From Moniliella sp. 'wahieum' (taxonomy: Eukaryota): a stretch of 64,000 nucleotides of DNA. Location: assembly GCA_003971905.1 (NCBI GenBank), contig RSEE01000024.1:1-64000 (forward strand), written 5' to 3'. Every line of letters starts with the position of its first letter. Position 1 is the first letter of the stretch. A program made the position numbers and the translations under genes. Positions 62,646 to 64,000 of this stretch are shown in pieces. The notes under the pieces are model-generated. The model was not told the DNA's origin. It searched no databases and saw only the letters and a program-made list of their open reading frames with translations.

Positions 62646-64000
62646 GGCGTTTTATTCTCTTTTCTCTTCCCTTTCCCTTTTCCCCTTTCTCCTTTATTAC
62701 CTGCTCCCTCACTGGTTGGTTGCTTTGCCCTCCCTCCTCGCCCTTCGCCTCCTCCGCCCTCCGCCCTCCACTCTGTGCTGCTCTGTCCGAAGTATGATAT
62801 CCCCCCTGATCCGCCCCACCGACACACCTGATCCGTGTCGGCCCACGTGCCTCATCTTCCCCCCCCCCCTCCCCTCTTCCTCTTCCTCTTCCTCTTCCTC
62901 TCCCCCTCTCCCCCTCTCCCCTTTATTTCCTCTCGGCTTTACTCTCTATTTCCCCGTCCTCCTTAAGCTTGTTTGCACTTCTCTGTCCCCCCTTCCCTTC
63001 CACGCTCCCCTTTCCTTCCCTTTCTCAGCCCCTTCCCCTTCCCCTTTCCCTTATGCATGTAGTCCCCCCATCTTGTCCCGTCCTGTCCTTCCGGCCGGCC
63101 ATAGCGCCCGCTGTGCCGCTCGTTCGTCCGGCGTTCGTCTGGCTCAGGCCGCATGCAGCTTGCAGCTTGCAGCTTGCATCGGTCCGATGCGCGTCTCGTT
63201 CGTGCGTCGCGCCGCCCTCGAGCCGAGCGGCGTCAAGTCGAGTCGAGTCGTGCCGAGTCGAGCGGAGTCGATCCGAGCCAAGTAGCTAGCTAATCAGAAC
63301 TAATACGAACCTATCTGTCTCGCTAGGGCCCGAAGGCCGTTGCGCGCACACATCGATAATCGATCAGGTGAAACGCCCTATGCCAAGGCAGCCATGTCAA
63401 GGTCTCACGGGAAGCGATGGGCAGGCAGAGGGGGAGGCGAGGACTAGTACTAACCACTGCAACCCACACGGACCGTGGCAACTATCTGCATCAGAAATTC
63501 TACCCCATGTCCCGTGCCGCAAGTCGGTCACGCGCATGCCCCACGCGCGGCTCAGGCGCGCACATGCTGGAGAAAACCCGACGAACCACAAACCACAAAC
63601 CACGAACGGCGAATCGCGAATCGCGAACTAACGTCTGGCGGGGTGCCAAGGGAAAAAGTGGGTAGAGATATATGGATTTGGCAAACCCAGACGAGAGGAG
63701 GGGGGGGGATCGGGTCGCGTGCGTGTGCAAGCAGCGTTGCGCACCGCAGCGGCCGCGACGGCAGGTTTGCCAGTGCCACAGTCTGGCCGAGCCGAGCTCG
63801 GGGGAAGCGTTTTGGGGGTAAGAGGAGTAGAGGGGAAAGATGTGTGGGTGAAGGCCAAGAGCAAGACCAGGAGCAACACCAAGAAAAGACAAGACACTGG
63901 GCCGGGAGCCGATGGTGGAGAAGCAGGGGAACCCCGGACCAGGTAGAGGGGGGTCGCGTTCGCAGGGCGGGAGCCACGGTCCGGGGTACGCGGTCCGAGT

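Overview
GC-rich fungal genomic DNA, probably a basidiomycete yeast or smut-like species (short GT-AG introns with CTAAC/CTGAC branch sites; basidiomycete-type RPS25 and WSGG-PY secreted protein). It opens with CCCTAA repeats and so probably starts at a chromosome end. The first ~36 kb is accessory and subtelomeric. It holds decayed ORFs, a 21-nt periodic array, two paralogous C2H2 zinc-finger genes and a relic CRE-clade (Cnl1/MoTeR-like) non-LTR retrotransposon. A four-copy twin-hairpin element is joined to variable lengths of that retrotransposon's 3' end. An intronless formate oxidase-like GMC gene, with a decayed 5' duplicate, is divergently paired with a catalase. From ~36 kb onward there are core genes: VCX1-type Ca2+/H+ exchanger, SPF1 P5A-ATPase, arrestin, a GPI-type Ser-rich protein, RPS25, an SRR1-domain gene and a B-type cyclin. 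Intergenic DNA is studded with tandem 7-bp interrupted palindromes (xy-TNA-y'x'). Most genes carry 1-bp frameshifts, most likely long-read assembly errors, so gene ends are reconstructed by eye. All homology calls come from motif recognition or recall, not from searches.
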